In this document: in pieces, positions 1 to 9,486 of the stretch
How positions within the stretch are numbered: position 1 is the first letter of the stretch
Layout: each line of letters begins with the position of its first letter
Origin: Minisyncoccota bacterium
GTDB taxonomy: Bacteria > Patescibacteriota > Microgenomatia > PFEM01 > JAFGMK01
Length of the DNA: 64,000 bases
Direction: 5' to 3'
NCBI GenBank assembly: GCA_016927565.1
Contig: JAFGMK010000006.1
Span: 37,942-101,941, forward strand
The notes under the pieces: generated by a model
The model's database searches: none
The model's input: the letters and a program-made list of their open reading frames with translations, nothing else
Told to the model about the DNA's origin: nothing
Program-made: the position numbers and the translations under genes

Positions 1-12
1 ATCGCACACGAT

Positions 13-264
13 TTGGTTTTGACTGCCCATTTTCAAGAGGGAGATGATTCGATTACCGTCCGCCTGACCCACGATCATTATTCCTTAGCCGCCGGAGAAC
101 CTTTCCGAGTGGCTGTCTATAAAAATAACCAAATTGCGGTCGGTTACAACCCTCAAGAAATAACTCTAAGAGTACTTGGTCATTTTTTAAAAGCCGTGGT
201 CGATCCGGAAGTAACCGAAAGGTTAAAATCAAAACAAGAACCGGCCGGGAATAAAAGTAAATAA
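13..264 (+). CDS. hypothetical protein; true N-terminus may lie before the window start
   Basis: ORF-track ORF at the window edge. No recognisable motifs. Confidence 0.3.
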   Translation: MVLTAHFQEGDDSITVRLTHDHYSLAAGEPFRVAVYKNNQIAVGYNPQEITLRVLGHFLKAVVDPEVTERLKSKQEPAGNKSK

Positions 265-331
265 AAGCCCGGATTAGAAAGGCCCCACCCAAAGATACGA
301 GCAGCGCCAGAATTTTACTGATCAACTGGTT

Positions 332-700
332 TCAGCCTTTATCTGCCTTAATTGACGGCCAGCGGAGAACAACAACTAAGGAATCTTCTTCGGCACGCCG
401 GACATAGCCGAGATTGGCTCCGTAAAAAACAAAATCGCCTTCTTTGTCTAAAATCACTTCCCGATCCAGATCCGGAAAGAAAAAAACATATTTACCCCGG
501 ACGAGAAAAGTCAGAGTTTTGGTTCTTTCTCTTTTGCCGGCTTCAAGTCTCTCGGCAATTTCGCCTTTTTTGTGTTCGGCCCATTTGACTTCAACATTAC
601 CGGTTTGAAGACCGGTTTCTTTTTCCATAAAATGACCAACCACCCAACCCCGATGATTGGGTGCTTCCAGGGAAAGATTACCGGTAATAATTTTTTTCAT
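332..700 (-). CDS. hypothetical small protein, possibly cupin-like
   Basis: 122-aa ORF whose start abuts an intergenic hairpin at 724-749. Beta-rich pattern. No firm family assignment. Confidence 0.4.
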   Translation of the reverse strand: MKKIITGNLSLEAPNHRGWVVGHFMEKETGLQTGNVEVKWAEHKKGEIAERLEAGKRERTKTLTFLVRGKYVFFFPDLDREVILDKEGDFVFYGANLGYVRRAEEDSLVVVLRWPSIKADKG

Positions 701-777
701 CTCAAAAAACTCTTTTTTTCCTGATACTATGATTCATATCATGGTATCAAACTTTGCCGTTTCAAGATTGGCGTTTT

Positions 778-1680
778 TTATCTTAGCCTAGCCTTATTTT
801 TGACCGTTCTTTTCTGTTTAAAGTTTTCCCAAACAGAAAGCAGAGGGACTGCCGTAAAGGTAGAAGAAAAGGTGCCGGCAATGGTACCAATCAAAAGGGC
901 GGCCACAAACCACCTGATTGTCGCCCCGCCCATCAGCAAAAGGGCGATCAGCATAAAAATAATAGTTAAGGAATTATTAAAAGACCTCACGATAGTTTTG
1001 GCAATTGCCTGATTAGCCAGATCATCAAAGTTTGCCTGGGGATAAAGATTCCGGTTTTCCCGGATCGAATCAAAAACCACCACGGTATCATGAACCGAAA
1101 AAGAAAGAGTCGTTAAAACCGCGGTCACAAACAGGGTATCGACTTCAACCTGGTAAAAATGGCCCAAAAGAGAAAAGCTGCCCAAAAGAATCAGGGAATC
1201 GTGAAACATAGCCAATACAGCCCCCACCCCGAATCTTCTGTCCTTAAAACGCCAGGCAACATAGATCAGGATGCCAATCGAGGCCAGAATGATTCCGGCA
1301 ATGGTTTTCCATAAAAGTTCCTTACCCAGGCTCGGGCCGACGGCTTCAAATCGAATCTCAACCAACTCCGTTGCCAGAACCTCTTCCAGGCTGGTTTTGA
1401 TTTCCGCCACTTTTTCCCGCTGGGCCGGTTCGCCTTTGATGACAAATTTTTTTTCTCCGGAGATTTGAACCGAATCAAAACTAAATTCTTTTTCATCCAA
1501 AACCTTCTTTATTTTTTCAATCTCAATCCCCTGATCTGTTTTTTGCTCATATTCCAAAATCGTTCCGCCGGCAAAGTCAATCGCAGGCTCCAAACCCCAA
1601 CGCACCAGGCTATAAAAACCAGGCACTAAAAAAAGAGCCGAGATTAAAAAATAAAACCATTTGTATTTTAAAAAGTTCAT
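778..1680 (-). CDS. secF: protein-export membrane protein SecF
   Basis: Multi-TM protein immediately downstream of secD with the SecF-like periplasmic region AIDFAGGT. Start chosen at MNFLKYKW (1680), preceded by GAGGTG. The ORF-track start at 1710 has no SD. Confidence 0.8.
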   Translation of the reverse strand: MNFLKYKWFYFLISALFLVPGFYSLVRWGLEPAIDFAGGTILEYEQKTDQGIEIEKIKKVLDEKEFSFDSVQISGEKKFVIKGEPAQREKVAEIKTSLEEVLATELVEIRFEAVGPSLGKELLWKTIAGIILASIGILIYVAWRFKDRRFGVGAVLAMFHDSLILLGSFSLLGHFYQVEVDTLFVTAVLTTLSFSVHDTVVVFDSIRENRNLYPQANFDDLANQAIAKTIVRSFNNSLTIIFMLIALLLMGGATIRWFVAALLIGTIAGTFSSTFTAVPLLSVWENFKQKRTVKNKARLR

Positions 1681-1737
1681 TTTTTTAACATCACCTCGCA
1701 GGAGTCCCAATCCTTACACCCCGGGGAGTGAAAGGAT

Positions 1738-3090
1738 TCAGACACCCCCGAGGCGGGGATCCTTCTTTCTGGAAAAAACCTCCAAAAAAGTCCGTGTAAC
1801 AATAATACCGGTAAACATGCTCAAAAAGACTCCCAGTCCCAGAGTCAAAGCAAAACCCCTAATTGAACCGGAAGTATTTAAAAAAGACCACTCGAAGGGA
1901 TTAAAAAGAATAAAACAGATAATCAAAGTGCAGACATTGGCATCCCTAATTGAATCCCAAGCCCGGCCAAAACCCAATTCGCGGGCTACCGGCCGCGGCT
2001 TACCCAATCTGATCTCCTCTTTTATTCTTTCAAAAATCAGGATATTTGAATCAACCGCCATTCCGACCGTCAGGACAAAGCCGGCCATTCCCGGCAGGGT
2101 CAAAGTAACCGGAATCAGCTTGTAAATAGCTAGAGTCGCTAAACCATAAATTACCAAGCCTAAGGAGGCCAGCACTCCCAAAAAACCATAATAAATAATC
2201 ATAAAACCGACAACCATCAAAAGACCGATTAAACCGGCCCGGAGACTCTCTTGGATAGAATCCTCGCCTAAAGTCGGTCCGATATTCCTTTGCTCGATGA
2301 GCTCAAAGGGAACCGGCAAAGCCCCGCCGTTTAACTGAGCGGAAAAACGCTTAACATCTTTGACTTCAAAGTCCTCGCCCGTAATTGAAGCATTGCCTCC
2401 GGTTATCGGTTCGTTAATCACCGGCGCCATCAAAATCAGCTGATCCAAAAGAATCGCCAAACGGCGGCCGACATTATTTTCAGTTATTTCCCCAAACAGA
2501 TCTTTTCCCTCCTCGGTAAAAGTCAAAGTAATCATGGGCGCTCCGGTTTGCTGGTCAAAAGCCGGCTGAGCTTTTTCTAAAAAACGACCCGTCAATCCGG
2601 TTTCCTCAAAGGGCACAGCGGCATCAGTCGCTTCATTGATTAAACGGAAATCAAGCTGGGCCGTTTGGCCGATCAGGCCAATCGCCTGATCAACCTCGTC
2701 AATTCCCGCCAATTCAACTACTATCCGGTGTTCTTCACCAACTCTGGAAGTTCGGATCACCGGCTCAGCCAAACCAAAAAGATCAACCCGTCTTTGAATA
2801 ATCTCTTTGGCTGAATCCAAAGCCTCGCCTTTCTCCTCGGGATCAATTTGGCTCATATCTGCCTTAAAAACCAGATGAGCCCCTCCGGCTAAGTCCAGAC
2901 CCTTTTTAACCGCCAGATCCCGCTGAAATTTAAAAGGCCCCAATTTAAAATCAATTTCCGGTCGATTAAGAACAGTATCAATCTTAAATTTACCCAAAGA
3001 AATTTTAATCGGCATTTTTCCGGGCAAATCAACATAAGCCGAAACAAGCGTGAGAAAAATAATCAGCAGAAACAACCTTTTTTTATTCAT
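1738..3090 (-). CDS. secD: protein-export membrane protein SecD
   Basis: 450 aa with an N-terminal TM, a LDLAGG motif and a C-terminal six-TM SecD/SecF domain. Adjacent to secF. Confidence 0.85.
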   Translation of the reverse strand: MNKKRLFLLIIFLTLVSAYVDLPGKMPIKISLGKFKIDTVLNRPEIDFKLGPFKFQRDLAVKKGLDLAGGAHLVFKADMSQIDPEEKGEALDSAKEIIQRRVDLFGLAEPVIRTSRVGEEHRIVVELAGIDEVDQAIGLIGQTAQLDFRLINEATDAAVPFEETGLTGRFLEKAQPAFDQQTGAPMITLTFTEEGKDLFGEITENNVGRRLAILLDQLILMAPVINEPITGGNASITGEDFEVKDVKRFSAQLNGGALPVPFELIEQRNIGPTLGEDSIQESLRAGLIGLLMVVGFMIIYYGFLGVLASLGLVIYGLATLAIYKLIPVTLTLPGMAGFVLTVGMAVDSNILIFERIKEEIRLGKPRPVARELGFGRAWDSIRDANVCTLIICFILFNPFEWSFLNTSGSIRGFALTLGLGVFLSMFTGIIVTRTFLEVFSRKKDPRLGGV

Positions 3091-3338
3091 TGTTTAACCA
3101 TTTTCTCTTTTGGATCATCTTTCTCCGGAGAGATATTCTCCGATCTGGCCAGCCGTTTTTTCAGCTGGCCGGAAATTGACAGTTGCTTAGCCCCGGAAAA
3201 AGTATAAATCACCCGACCCGATTCCGGCAAGGCTCTTACCCCAACGCTTTGCCCGGCCTTAATCCCGATGGTATTAACAAAGTTTGAAGGGATAACAACC
3301 GCCAAACTATTACCCGTCTTAATAATTTTTTGGCGCAT
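3087..3338 (-). CDS. AbrB/MazE/SpoVT-type swapped-hairpin DNA-binding protein (antitoxin-like)
   Basis: KIIKTGNSLAVVIPSNFVNTIGIKAGQSV is a classic SpoVT/AbrB looped-hinge motif. 83 aa. Overlaps the secD start by 4 nt (ATGA). Confidence 0.55.
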   Translation of the reverse strand: MRQKIIKTGNSLAVVIPSNFVNTIGIKAGQSVGVRALPESGRVIYTFSGAKQLSISGQLKKRLARSENISPEKDDPKEKMVKQ

Positions 3339-3350
3339 AATTTTTTTTCT

Positions 3351-3929
3351 TTAACTGACCAACCCTTCTTCACTGCCGTAAATCATTATCCTCGGCCCGG
3401 CCAAAATTGACAGGATAAAAGGATCGCGCCTTTTTTTCCGGAAAATAAATTCTTCTTTATTCATAACGCTGTAGTTAATTTCCCGCCCGCGGCTTGATTC
3501 TTCTTCTCTGACCAACTTTGCCAGTTCAGGCAAAACCACCTGGCCGACAACCAAAAGATCAACCTCATTCTCCCTTTTTCTTTCCAGCTCCCGGACAAAC
3601 CGGCCGGAAAACATCACATAATTTATTTTACCCAGTTTGTTCTTATTTTTGATAATCTCTCGACCAAGACCGGTAGTCTTGGCAATGATTGAAAGCAGGT
3701 CGCCGTACAAAAAATGATCTTTATTGACCCAATAATAAAGCCTGTTACCCCGCGGTTCTTTCTTAACCAGACCAAATTTTTCCAGGCGGGATAATTCCCG
3801 CCGGACAGCGTTTATCTCTTCACTGGCCAAACGAACCAGACCTCGGACATGAAACATCTCCTCAGGCTGGCTTAAAAAAATCTCCAACAGTTTAACTCTG
3901 ACCTTGGAAACTAATAATACCTGAAGCAT
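3351..3929 (-). CDS. winged helix-turn-helix transcriptional regulator (ArsR/MarR-like N-terminal domain)
   Basis: An N-terminal ~80 aa with wHTH pattern (LLEIF...RGLVRLASEEINAVRRELSRLEKFGLV). The C-terminal half is unassigned. Confidence 0.45.
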   Translation of the reverse strand: MLQVLLVSKVRVKLLEIFLSQPEEMFHVRGLVRLASEEINAVRRELSRLEKFGLVKKEPRGNRLYYWVNKDHFLYGDLLSIIAKTTGLGREIIKNKNKLGKINYVMFSGRFVRELERKRENEVDLLVVGQVVLPELAKLVREEESSRGREINYSVMNKEEFIFRKKRRDPFILSILAGPRIMIYGSEEGLVS

Positions 3930-3947
3930 ATTCTTGTTAAAAATTTG

Positions 3948-5156
3948 CTAATAGGCCACCTCTTGGCCGGTCGGCAGAATCTCCAGCCAAATCGGTCCGG
4001 GATTAAAAGCAATTTCCTGACCGTTTTCTTGGGTAAAGGAAGTCCTTCCCTCTCTTTGTTTTTTTCGCCAATTTCCTTTAATAACCTGACCGTCCTGAAA
4101 AACCAGCGCCTGTCCCTGGCCGATTGTCTGATAAAGTAAATGCTTTGAAGCATCTCCGGTCCGGGTTTCTTTTAAAAATTGGATCGCCACCACTTTAGCC
4201 GAAAGCTGCTGATTGGTATTAAGATCCAAATGAGGCTGGTTGTTGTTAAAGCGAAGATACTGATTTTTATCTTTGTCATATTCCCAACGAACTTCATAAC
4301 CGGATTGGCTTTGCCAGAAAGCAAACTCAATTTTGGAAACCTGGCCTTCTTGGGCCGTTTCCTCTTTAGCGGGCCAGGGGACAAAGTTTTCATCCCAACG
4401 ATCTCCCGCCTCGTCAGTTTGAGTCAATCCTCTTGATTGGGCAATCCACCAAAGCCGGTCGGGCGTAGAGTACATGGTATGCTCCATCGCCACTCCTTTT
4501 AAGCGCTCCATATCCCGCCAAAAAGTCAAACCGCCTTCCGGATATTGGGTTTCCTTGGCCCGGAGAGAGGTCTGGTCAATATCGCTATAAAGACGCCAAC
4601 CGTAACTCTCAATTTGTTCCAAAGCTTTGGCTTTGGAATTAGTTTTGCCTAAATTACCAAAATCGTTTGCTCCGCCGACATGAACATAAAGAGGATAATC
4701 ACCATATTCGGAAATCCAGTCAAGGAAGTAAGTCCTGGATGATCTTACCGGGCCAACAAAGAAATCCTCAGCTGAAGCCCGGCAAAAGTAAACCGCTAAA
4801 AATCTGGTAATCCCCCCTTCTGCCACCGCTTCGTAGACAATATCAGCTTTTGAAAGACCGGATTGCGGCCGGGAATCAAGATGATTTTCAATCATCACCC
4901 CCAAAGGTCTTCTTTTTTCCCAGATTGCCCTTTCTTCTTTAGTAAATTTTTCTCCGGTCAGAGGACAGATTTCAGTTTTCGGCGCCTCAAAATTAATCCG
5001 CGGGCGGCCGTCTTCAATTGACACCGGAGAAACCAGTATTGATGCTTCTCCTTTTTTACCACCAAAATAAGCAAAACCGGCATAAGAAAGACCGGCCGAA
5101 AGCAAATAAAGGCCCAAAGCGCTTAAAAGGTAAAAAATTATTTTCTTTTTTGGCAT
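3948..5156 (-). CDS. DUF3048 (YerB-like) lipoprotein-type secreted protein
   Basis: N-terminal signal/TM followed by a conserved DUF3048-like core (RPLGVMIENHLDSRPQSGLSKADIVYEAVAEGGITRFLAVYF). Confidence 0.55.
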   Translation of the reverse strand: MPKKKIIFYLLSALGLYLLSAGLSYAGFAYFGGKKGEASILVSPVSIEDGRPRINFEAPKTEICPLTGEKFTKEERAIWEKRRPLGVMIENHLDSRPQSGLSKADIVYEAVAEGGITRFLAVYFCRASAEDFFVGPVRSSRTYFLDWISEYGDYPLYVHVGGANDFGNLGKTNSKAKALEQIESYGWRLYSDIDQTSLRAKETQYPEGGLTFWRDMERLKGVAMEHTMYSTPDRLWWIAQSRGLTQTDEAGDRWDENFVPWPAKEETAQEGQVSKIEFAFWQSQSGYEVRWEYDKDKNQYLRFNNNQPHLDLNTNQQLSAKVVAIQFLKETRTGDASKHLLYQTIGQGQALVFQDGQVIKGNWRKKQREGRTSFTQENGQEIAFNPGPIWLEILPTGQEVAY

Positions 5157-5165
5157 TTTATTTTA

Positions 5166-5639
5166 TTATTTTAATTTTTTTGCTTCTTTAATTGCTCTTC
5201 CTTCTTCCTCAGAAAAAGAATAGCCGGCCTCTTTGCCTTCCTTGACGGGTTTGGCATAAATCCTGGTTGTTTCCCGACTGTGGAGACTGGAAATCACCAA
5301 ACCGCTTTTTCGATCATCCAGAAGGGCCAGACAAAAACTTTGGTCCCCACCGGTTTCAGCAAAGGGGTTAAATCTTACCAAACCAACCTGTTGCAAATGA
5401 AAAAGACCCTCCCTTTCAATTCTTTTGCTAATTTCCAGTAAGTTTTCAATCTGTTTTTTCCCTTCGCTAGTGCTTTTTAAAACTTCTTCCAAAACCGATT
5501 TAAGATCTTTTCCCGCTCCGGCAATTCCCAAACGACGGTAATGAGCCGATAAGCGAAAAAACAATACTGTTAAAACTAAAAGCCAAACAAAAAGAACCCC
5601 TGCCCCGACCCAAAGCGCAGTTGGGAAATTGAACAACAT
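5166..5639 (-). CDS. DUF4446 family membrane-anchored protein
   Basis: N-terminal TM plus the conserved GLVRFNPF...GGDQSFCLALLD...G.VISSLHSRE block. Confidence 0.55.
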   Translation of the reverse strand: MLFNFPTALWVGAGVLFVWLLVLTVLFFRLSAHYRRLGIAGAGKDLKSVLEEVLKSTSEGKKQIENLLEISKRIEREGLFHLQQVGLVRFNPFAETGGDQSFCLALLDDRKSGLVISSLHSRETTRIYAKPVKEGKEAGYSFSEEEGRAIKEAKKLK

Positions 5640-5800
5640 CTGTATCCTTCCTGTCTTTCCTATTCTAATCCGGCTCTGATCAAACTGTCAACTCCTGCAA
5701 ATGTCCAGAATGCCTGATGGAAACAACGAGCCCGGACACCTGCAATACTTCCTGCCGCCCTTGAACTTGAAACTGGGTTATGATAACTTAAAACTCAATT

Positions 5801-6127
5801 ATGGCTAAAAAAAGAAAAACAAGACAAGAAAAAATTATCCTCCAGCTAAAGCGGCAATTAGCTCATCAGAAGTCTCAAAAACACTCCGGCGACGGAATTC
5901 AACCAAGCCAGGCAAAAAAGCTAAAAACATCTTCTACCCAACCTCGTCAAGGGGCAATTTTCAAACCTGATCTTAAAACTGACTTAAGAAAAAAATCCAT
6001 AAAAAGGCCTGATAAATCGATCTTTTCCTATTCTCCGAGGCTAATCAGGCTTGATCTTATTAAAAGCCTCAGCCTGGCCCTAGCCATCATCACCCTCGAA
6101 ATCGTGTTATACTTGAGGCTAAGATAA
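5801..6127 (+). CDS. hypothetical basic protein with C-terminal TM helix
   Basis: 108-aa ORF that is K/R-rich at the N-terminus with a hydrophobic C-terminus. No family recognised. Confidence 0.3.
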   Translation: MAKKRKTRQEKIILQLKRQLAHQKSQKHSGDGIQPSQAKKLKTSSTQPRQGAIFKPDLKTDLRKKSIKRPDKSIFSYSPRLIRLDLIKSLSLALAIITLEIVLYLRLR

Positions 6128-6199
6128 TCCACTTCAGGCAGGCCAAATCTATCTGCCCTAATAGAATTGAGAAGATTTATTTGAGAGGGGGTGAAAAAT

Positions 6200-6352
6200 A
6201 TGACTTCTTTTTACTGTGTTAAGTGCCGCGCTAAAAAACAGGTTGATGACGAAGCAGTTGAACATGTCACGATGAAAAACGGCAAACCGGCAATGAAAAG
6301 CAAATGCCCGGACTGTGGCACCACCATGTTTAAAATTGGCGGCAAAAGCTAA
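6200..6352 (+). CDS. DUF5679-type small zinc-ribbon protein (50 aa)
   Basis: Translation by hand: MTSFYCVKCRAKKQVDDEAVEHVTMKNGKPAMKSKCPDCGTTMFKIGGKS. Two CxxC pairs. GGGGGTG SD sits 7 nt upstream. Followed by a hairpin terminator. Absent from the ORF track because it is under 60 aa. Confidence 0.6.
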   Translation: MTSFYCVKCRAKKQVDDEAVEHVTMKNGKPAMKSKCPDCGTTMFKIGGKS

Positions 6353-6372
6353 TAATTTTTTTGACTTTTAAA

Positions 6373-6400
6373 AACAACCCCGCTATGAGCGGGGTTGTTT
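6373..6400. terminator. bidirectional intrinsic terminator hairpin between convergent genes
   Basis: CAACCCCGCT-ATG-AGCGGGGTTG is a perfect 10-bp stem. It is followed by a T-rich tract on the plus strand and by TTTTT on the minus strand. Confidence 0.45.
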
Positions 6401-6439
6401 GCTGGTAAAAATTTATTATCGGCCAGAGAAAAATATTTT

Positions 6440-7906
6440 TTAGCGTCTCAGATACAACGACAGTTCACCGAATTGTTCGTACGAATCTAAATAGAAGTTT
6501 GAATATAAGTATTGATAGAATCCGGGGTCAAGAATGTGTATTTTTGCCGCGCTATCCAAAAGGGCATAATCAGAACTAGCCAAAATTTTTTGGTGCATAT
6601 AGCAAGAATTCCCCCAGCGACAGGGACCATCGGGTATTGTCACAAAATACCAGAAGTGAGGCTCTTTTCCGGTAATCATGTAAAAAAAATTGTTGTTGGC
6701 AAACATCTTTCCTTCTAACTTACTCGCCCTCTCATATATTTCCCCAGTTTTAAGATTATTATAGGCAAGCAGGACTAATGAATAAAAAGTGTGTTTTGTT
6801 AAAAAAATTGCCAGTGTAAGTGAAGCCAAACTGAAAACAAAATTTTTATTAGGCATTCTCTGTTTGTTAAAAAAGGCCAAAAAAGCTTTAGCAGCACTGG
6901 CTACTAAAGATAAACCAATTGGCAAAACAGTAATCAGGTGATGTTGATAAAAATGACGAGGTATAAAAACTGAGAAAATAAAAAAAACTAAAAAAAAGAG
7001 CGCCCGGTGCTTTACCTTTTTATCCCTGACAAGAAAAAGCATTGGCCAAGCAACCAGGAAGGCCAGCAGAAGTAATACTGGCGAAAGGCTGAGAGTGTGA
7101 AATAAAAAGAAGAGCCGTTCCTTTAGAGACATTGCCGGTCTTAAAAGATGAGAGGAAAGAATATCCGGCAATAACTCCGGCATTGATACTTTCAAAGCAA
7201 GCAAAGTAATTGAAGTCGAGAAAAAAAAGGTCAATCCGATTTTTATCACCTTAATTACTTCCACTCTGTTTTGATAGTAGACAACAAAAAATGAAAAAAG
7301 GAAAAATGCCCAATAATAAGCCGCTGTAATCTTAATCAGAAAGTTTACGGAGAAAAGAAGGGCTAGCAACAAATAATCCCTCCTCAATAACGTCTTTTTA
7401 CCAAGAACAAGGAGAATGAAAACAATAAAGACTAGGGCTAAACAGTCAAAGGTGACCACCTTAGCATATAAGGTTAAAAGGGGGTCGCCCAAAAAAAGAA
7501 TTACTGCCAATAAAACTATAAAATCTTCCTTAAAAAAAGTCTTAGTGAAGAAGTAAAGACCCGGAACAACTAAACTAACTACCAGAACATAAAAAAGAAA
7601 TGGCCAAAAAACAGAATCAGAAACTAGAAAACCCAATCTTAAAAGCCAATAAAGGCCTGGCATATGGGTAAGAGAAAATTCCCTGTAAGGAACTTTTCCC
7701 TCAACCATATATTTAGAAATCAATAAATGATTTCCATAATCAGAAGTTGCCACTGGATTGCGATAACCTAAAAAACGGGTAACAATAAAAAAAAATTGAA
7801 GAAAGAGCACTAAAAACAAACGATCCCTCTGGCTTGGGCGGAAAATCACTTTAATCAGTTTTCGTACAATTTTCTTTTTTTTAAACATTTTTAAATAGTT
7901 TGGCAC
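6440..7906 (-). CDS. polytopic membrane protein, probable GT-C-type glycosyltransferase (ArnT/PMT-like architecture)
   Basis: 488 aa with more than 10 predicted TM helices. Sits in a cluster with a GT2 gene and two other GT-C-like genes. No sharp motif, so the family call is tentative. Confidence 0.4.
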   Translation of the reverse strand: MPNYLKMFKKKKIVRKLIKVIFRPSQRDRLFLVLFLQFFFIVTRFLGYRNPVATSDYGNHLLISKYMVEGKVPYREFSLTHMPGLYWLLRLGFLVSDSVFWPFLFYVLVVSLVVPGLYFFTKTFFKEDFIVLLAVILFLGDPLLTLYAKVVTFDCLALVFIVFILLVLGKKTLLRRDYLLLALLFSVNFLIKITAAYYWAFFLFSFFVVYYQNRVEVIKVIKIGLTFFFSTSITLLALKVSMPELLPDILSSHLLRPAMSLKERLFFLFHTLSLSPVLLLLAFLVAWPMLFLVRDKKVKHRALFFLVFFIFSVFIPRHFYQHHLITVLPIGLSLVASAAKAFLAFFNKQRMPNKNFVFSLASLTLAIFLTKHTFYSLVLLAYNNLKTGEIYERASKLEGKMFANNNFFYMITGKEPHFWYFVTIPDGPCRWGNSCYMHQKILASSDYALLDSAAKIHILDPGFYQYLYSNFYLDSYEQFGELSLYLRR

Positions 7907-9486
7907 CCGGGAGAACGCTCATACACAATGACTGAGGAACTAACTTTTTCCTTAAAAACAAAACAATCCGTAAGTAGTTTTTCTATTTGATCTTGAACGG
8001 GTTGGAGCTGCCAACTGAAAAAATAGACGAAATTTTTTTCACTAATAGCGCTATTAAAAACTTTTTCCGCCTTGGTGTTAGTTAAAACATTCCGCCCCAA
8101 AACAAGTTCATAGTTTAGCTGGTTACCAGATTTTTTTGCTTGAACAAGCAACACCCGGAGTTTACCTAAAGGACCAGTATCAAAAACCTCCGCATTATCC
8201 AAAAAAACAACCCTCATTCTTGGGGCACTCGGGCAATACTGAAGGGCATTGTAATTGTAAAATTCCGTTATGAACACCCCGGGATCAAGCCCTCTCAAAG
8301 TAGCGCAAAAATCATCAAAGTAAAATTTCCTAAGACTAACAATTTTGTAAAAATAGATGTTGCCAAGGAAAAAAAAGAAAAGCATGCTCAGAAGCACATA
8401 TTTCCTGATTTTTCTTTCAAGAAACGTGCAACCGCAAAAAAGTAATGTGAGAAAAGGAGCAATTATAAAAATGAAGTGACGACCAATCAATCCTCTCATC
8501 AGCGGGGCAATTGCAAAAAAAAGTAGGCTTGGCAAGGAAATAACTAGATATTTTTTTTCAAGGGAGGGCTTTTTCGCTAAAAAAAGTGTCCACAAAAAGA
8601 CGCAAAAAAGACAAAATAAAAACGAATAAAATTGAGCTGAGACAATTTTTTCGAACTCCCATTTAGTAGGAAAAAAAAGAAACAACCCCGGTTTCTGATA
8701 AAGAGGGGTCCGATGCGCCCTTATGTAGTCACCCCCGGTACCAAGATAAGTTCTGACTAAGTCTGCTTTGCTTAAAAACTGGCTTCCCGCCAGAAATATG
8801 GTTAATACCAGTAAAAAAAAATAGAATAGAAATTGCCCTTTTTCCCCTTTTAGTAAAAAAACTCCCAGAATCAAAAACAGCAAAACCGCAATAATGCCGC
8901 TGGGAATAATCAGAACAATCATTGCCAAGCTAGAAAAATTTAGCATCAGCCAAAAAAAACGATCGGTTTCAAAATATTTTAAGAAAGAATAAAAGCTAAT
9001 AATCGCCAATAAATTATATAAACCATATACCCTGATGTAGAAAGCATAATAGGCAACGTTGCTGGTAAGGATATAAATAAGGGTAAAAAATAAACATTGT
9101 TTCTGACCGGCAAAATAGATCTTTAGCAGTTTGTAAAAAAAGAAAATTGAAAACAGCCAAATTAAAAAATTAAAGATAATCGCTACTGCTTCGTGATTCG
9201 GAGACAGGAAAAACAGCCGATGAAGAATCTGGTAATAAAGAGGGAAATTTTGTTCATGAGAGAGAATTAGGTTAATGTTTCGGGGAGTTTGCTCGGCAAT
9301 TTGCATCGTGTTTGATTCGTCAAAGTCAAGGCGGGGATTATGATTTATGGCAATTAAGAAAATATGTAAAACACTTAGAGCAATCAGAAAATAAAGAAAC
9401 CAATCTACTATCCTCCTTTTTAGAATCATTTCGAGCCAACTGTCAACTTTTTGAAAAATCTCGGAACGTTCCCGCCGCTTTGTCAT
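7891..9486 (-). CDS. polytopic membrane protein, probable GT-C glycosyltransferase (GT39/ArnT-like)
   Basis: 531 aa, multi-TM. Overlaps neighbouring genes in an operon-like arrangement with the GT2 gene. Confidence 0.45.
   Translation of the reverse strand: MTKRRERSEIFQKVDSWLEMILKRRIVDWFLYFLIALSVLHIFLIAINHNPRLDFDESNTMQIAEQTPRNINLILSHEQNFPLYYQILHRLFFLSPNHEAVAIIFNFLIWLFSIFFFYKLLKIYFAGQKQCLFFTLIYILTSNVAYYAFYIRVYGLYNLLAIISFYSFLKYFETDRFFWLMLNFSSLAMIVLIIPSGIIAVLLFLILGVFLLKGEKGQFLFYFFLLVLTIFLAGSQFLSKADLVRTYLGTGGDYIRAHRTPLYQKPGLFLFFPTKWEFEKIVSAQFYSFLFCLFCVFLWTLFLAKKPSLEKKYLVISLPSLLFFAIAPLMRGLIGRHFIFIIAPFLTLLFCGCTFLERKIRKYVLLSMLFFFFLGNIYFYKIVSLRKFYFDDFCATLRGLDPGVFITEFYNYNALQYCPSAPRMRVVFLDNAEVFDTGPLGKLRVLLVQAKKSGNQLNYELVLGRNVLTNTKAEKVFNSAISEKNFVYFFSWQLQPVQDQIEKLLTDCFVFKEKVSSSVIVYERSPGCQTI

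Noticed and set aside
724-749. Hairpin ATACTATGAT-TCAT-ATCATGGTAT downstream of secF as an intrinsic terminator
   Set aside because: No adjacent U-tract on the relevant strand. It may be a structural or regulatory hairpin, but the evidence is insufficient to call a terminator.
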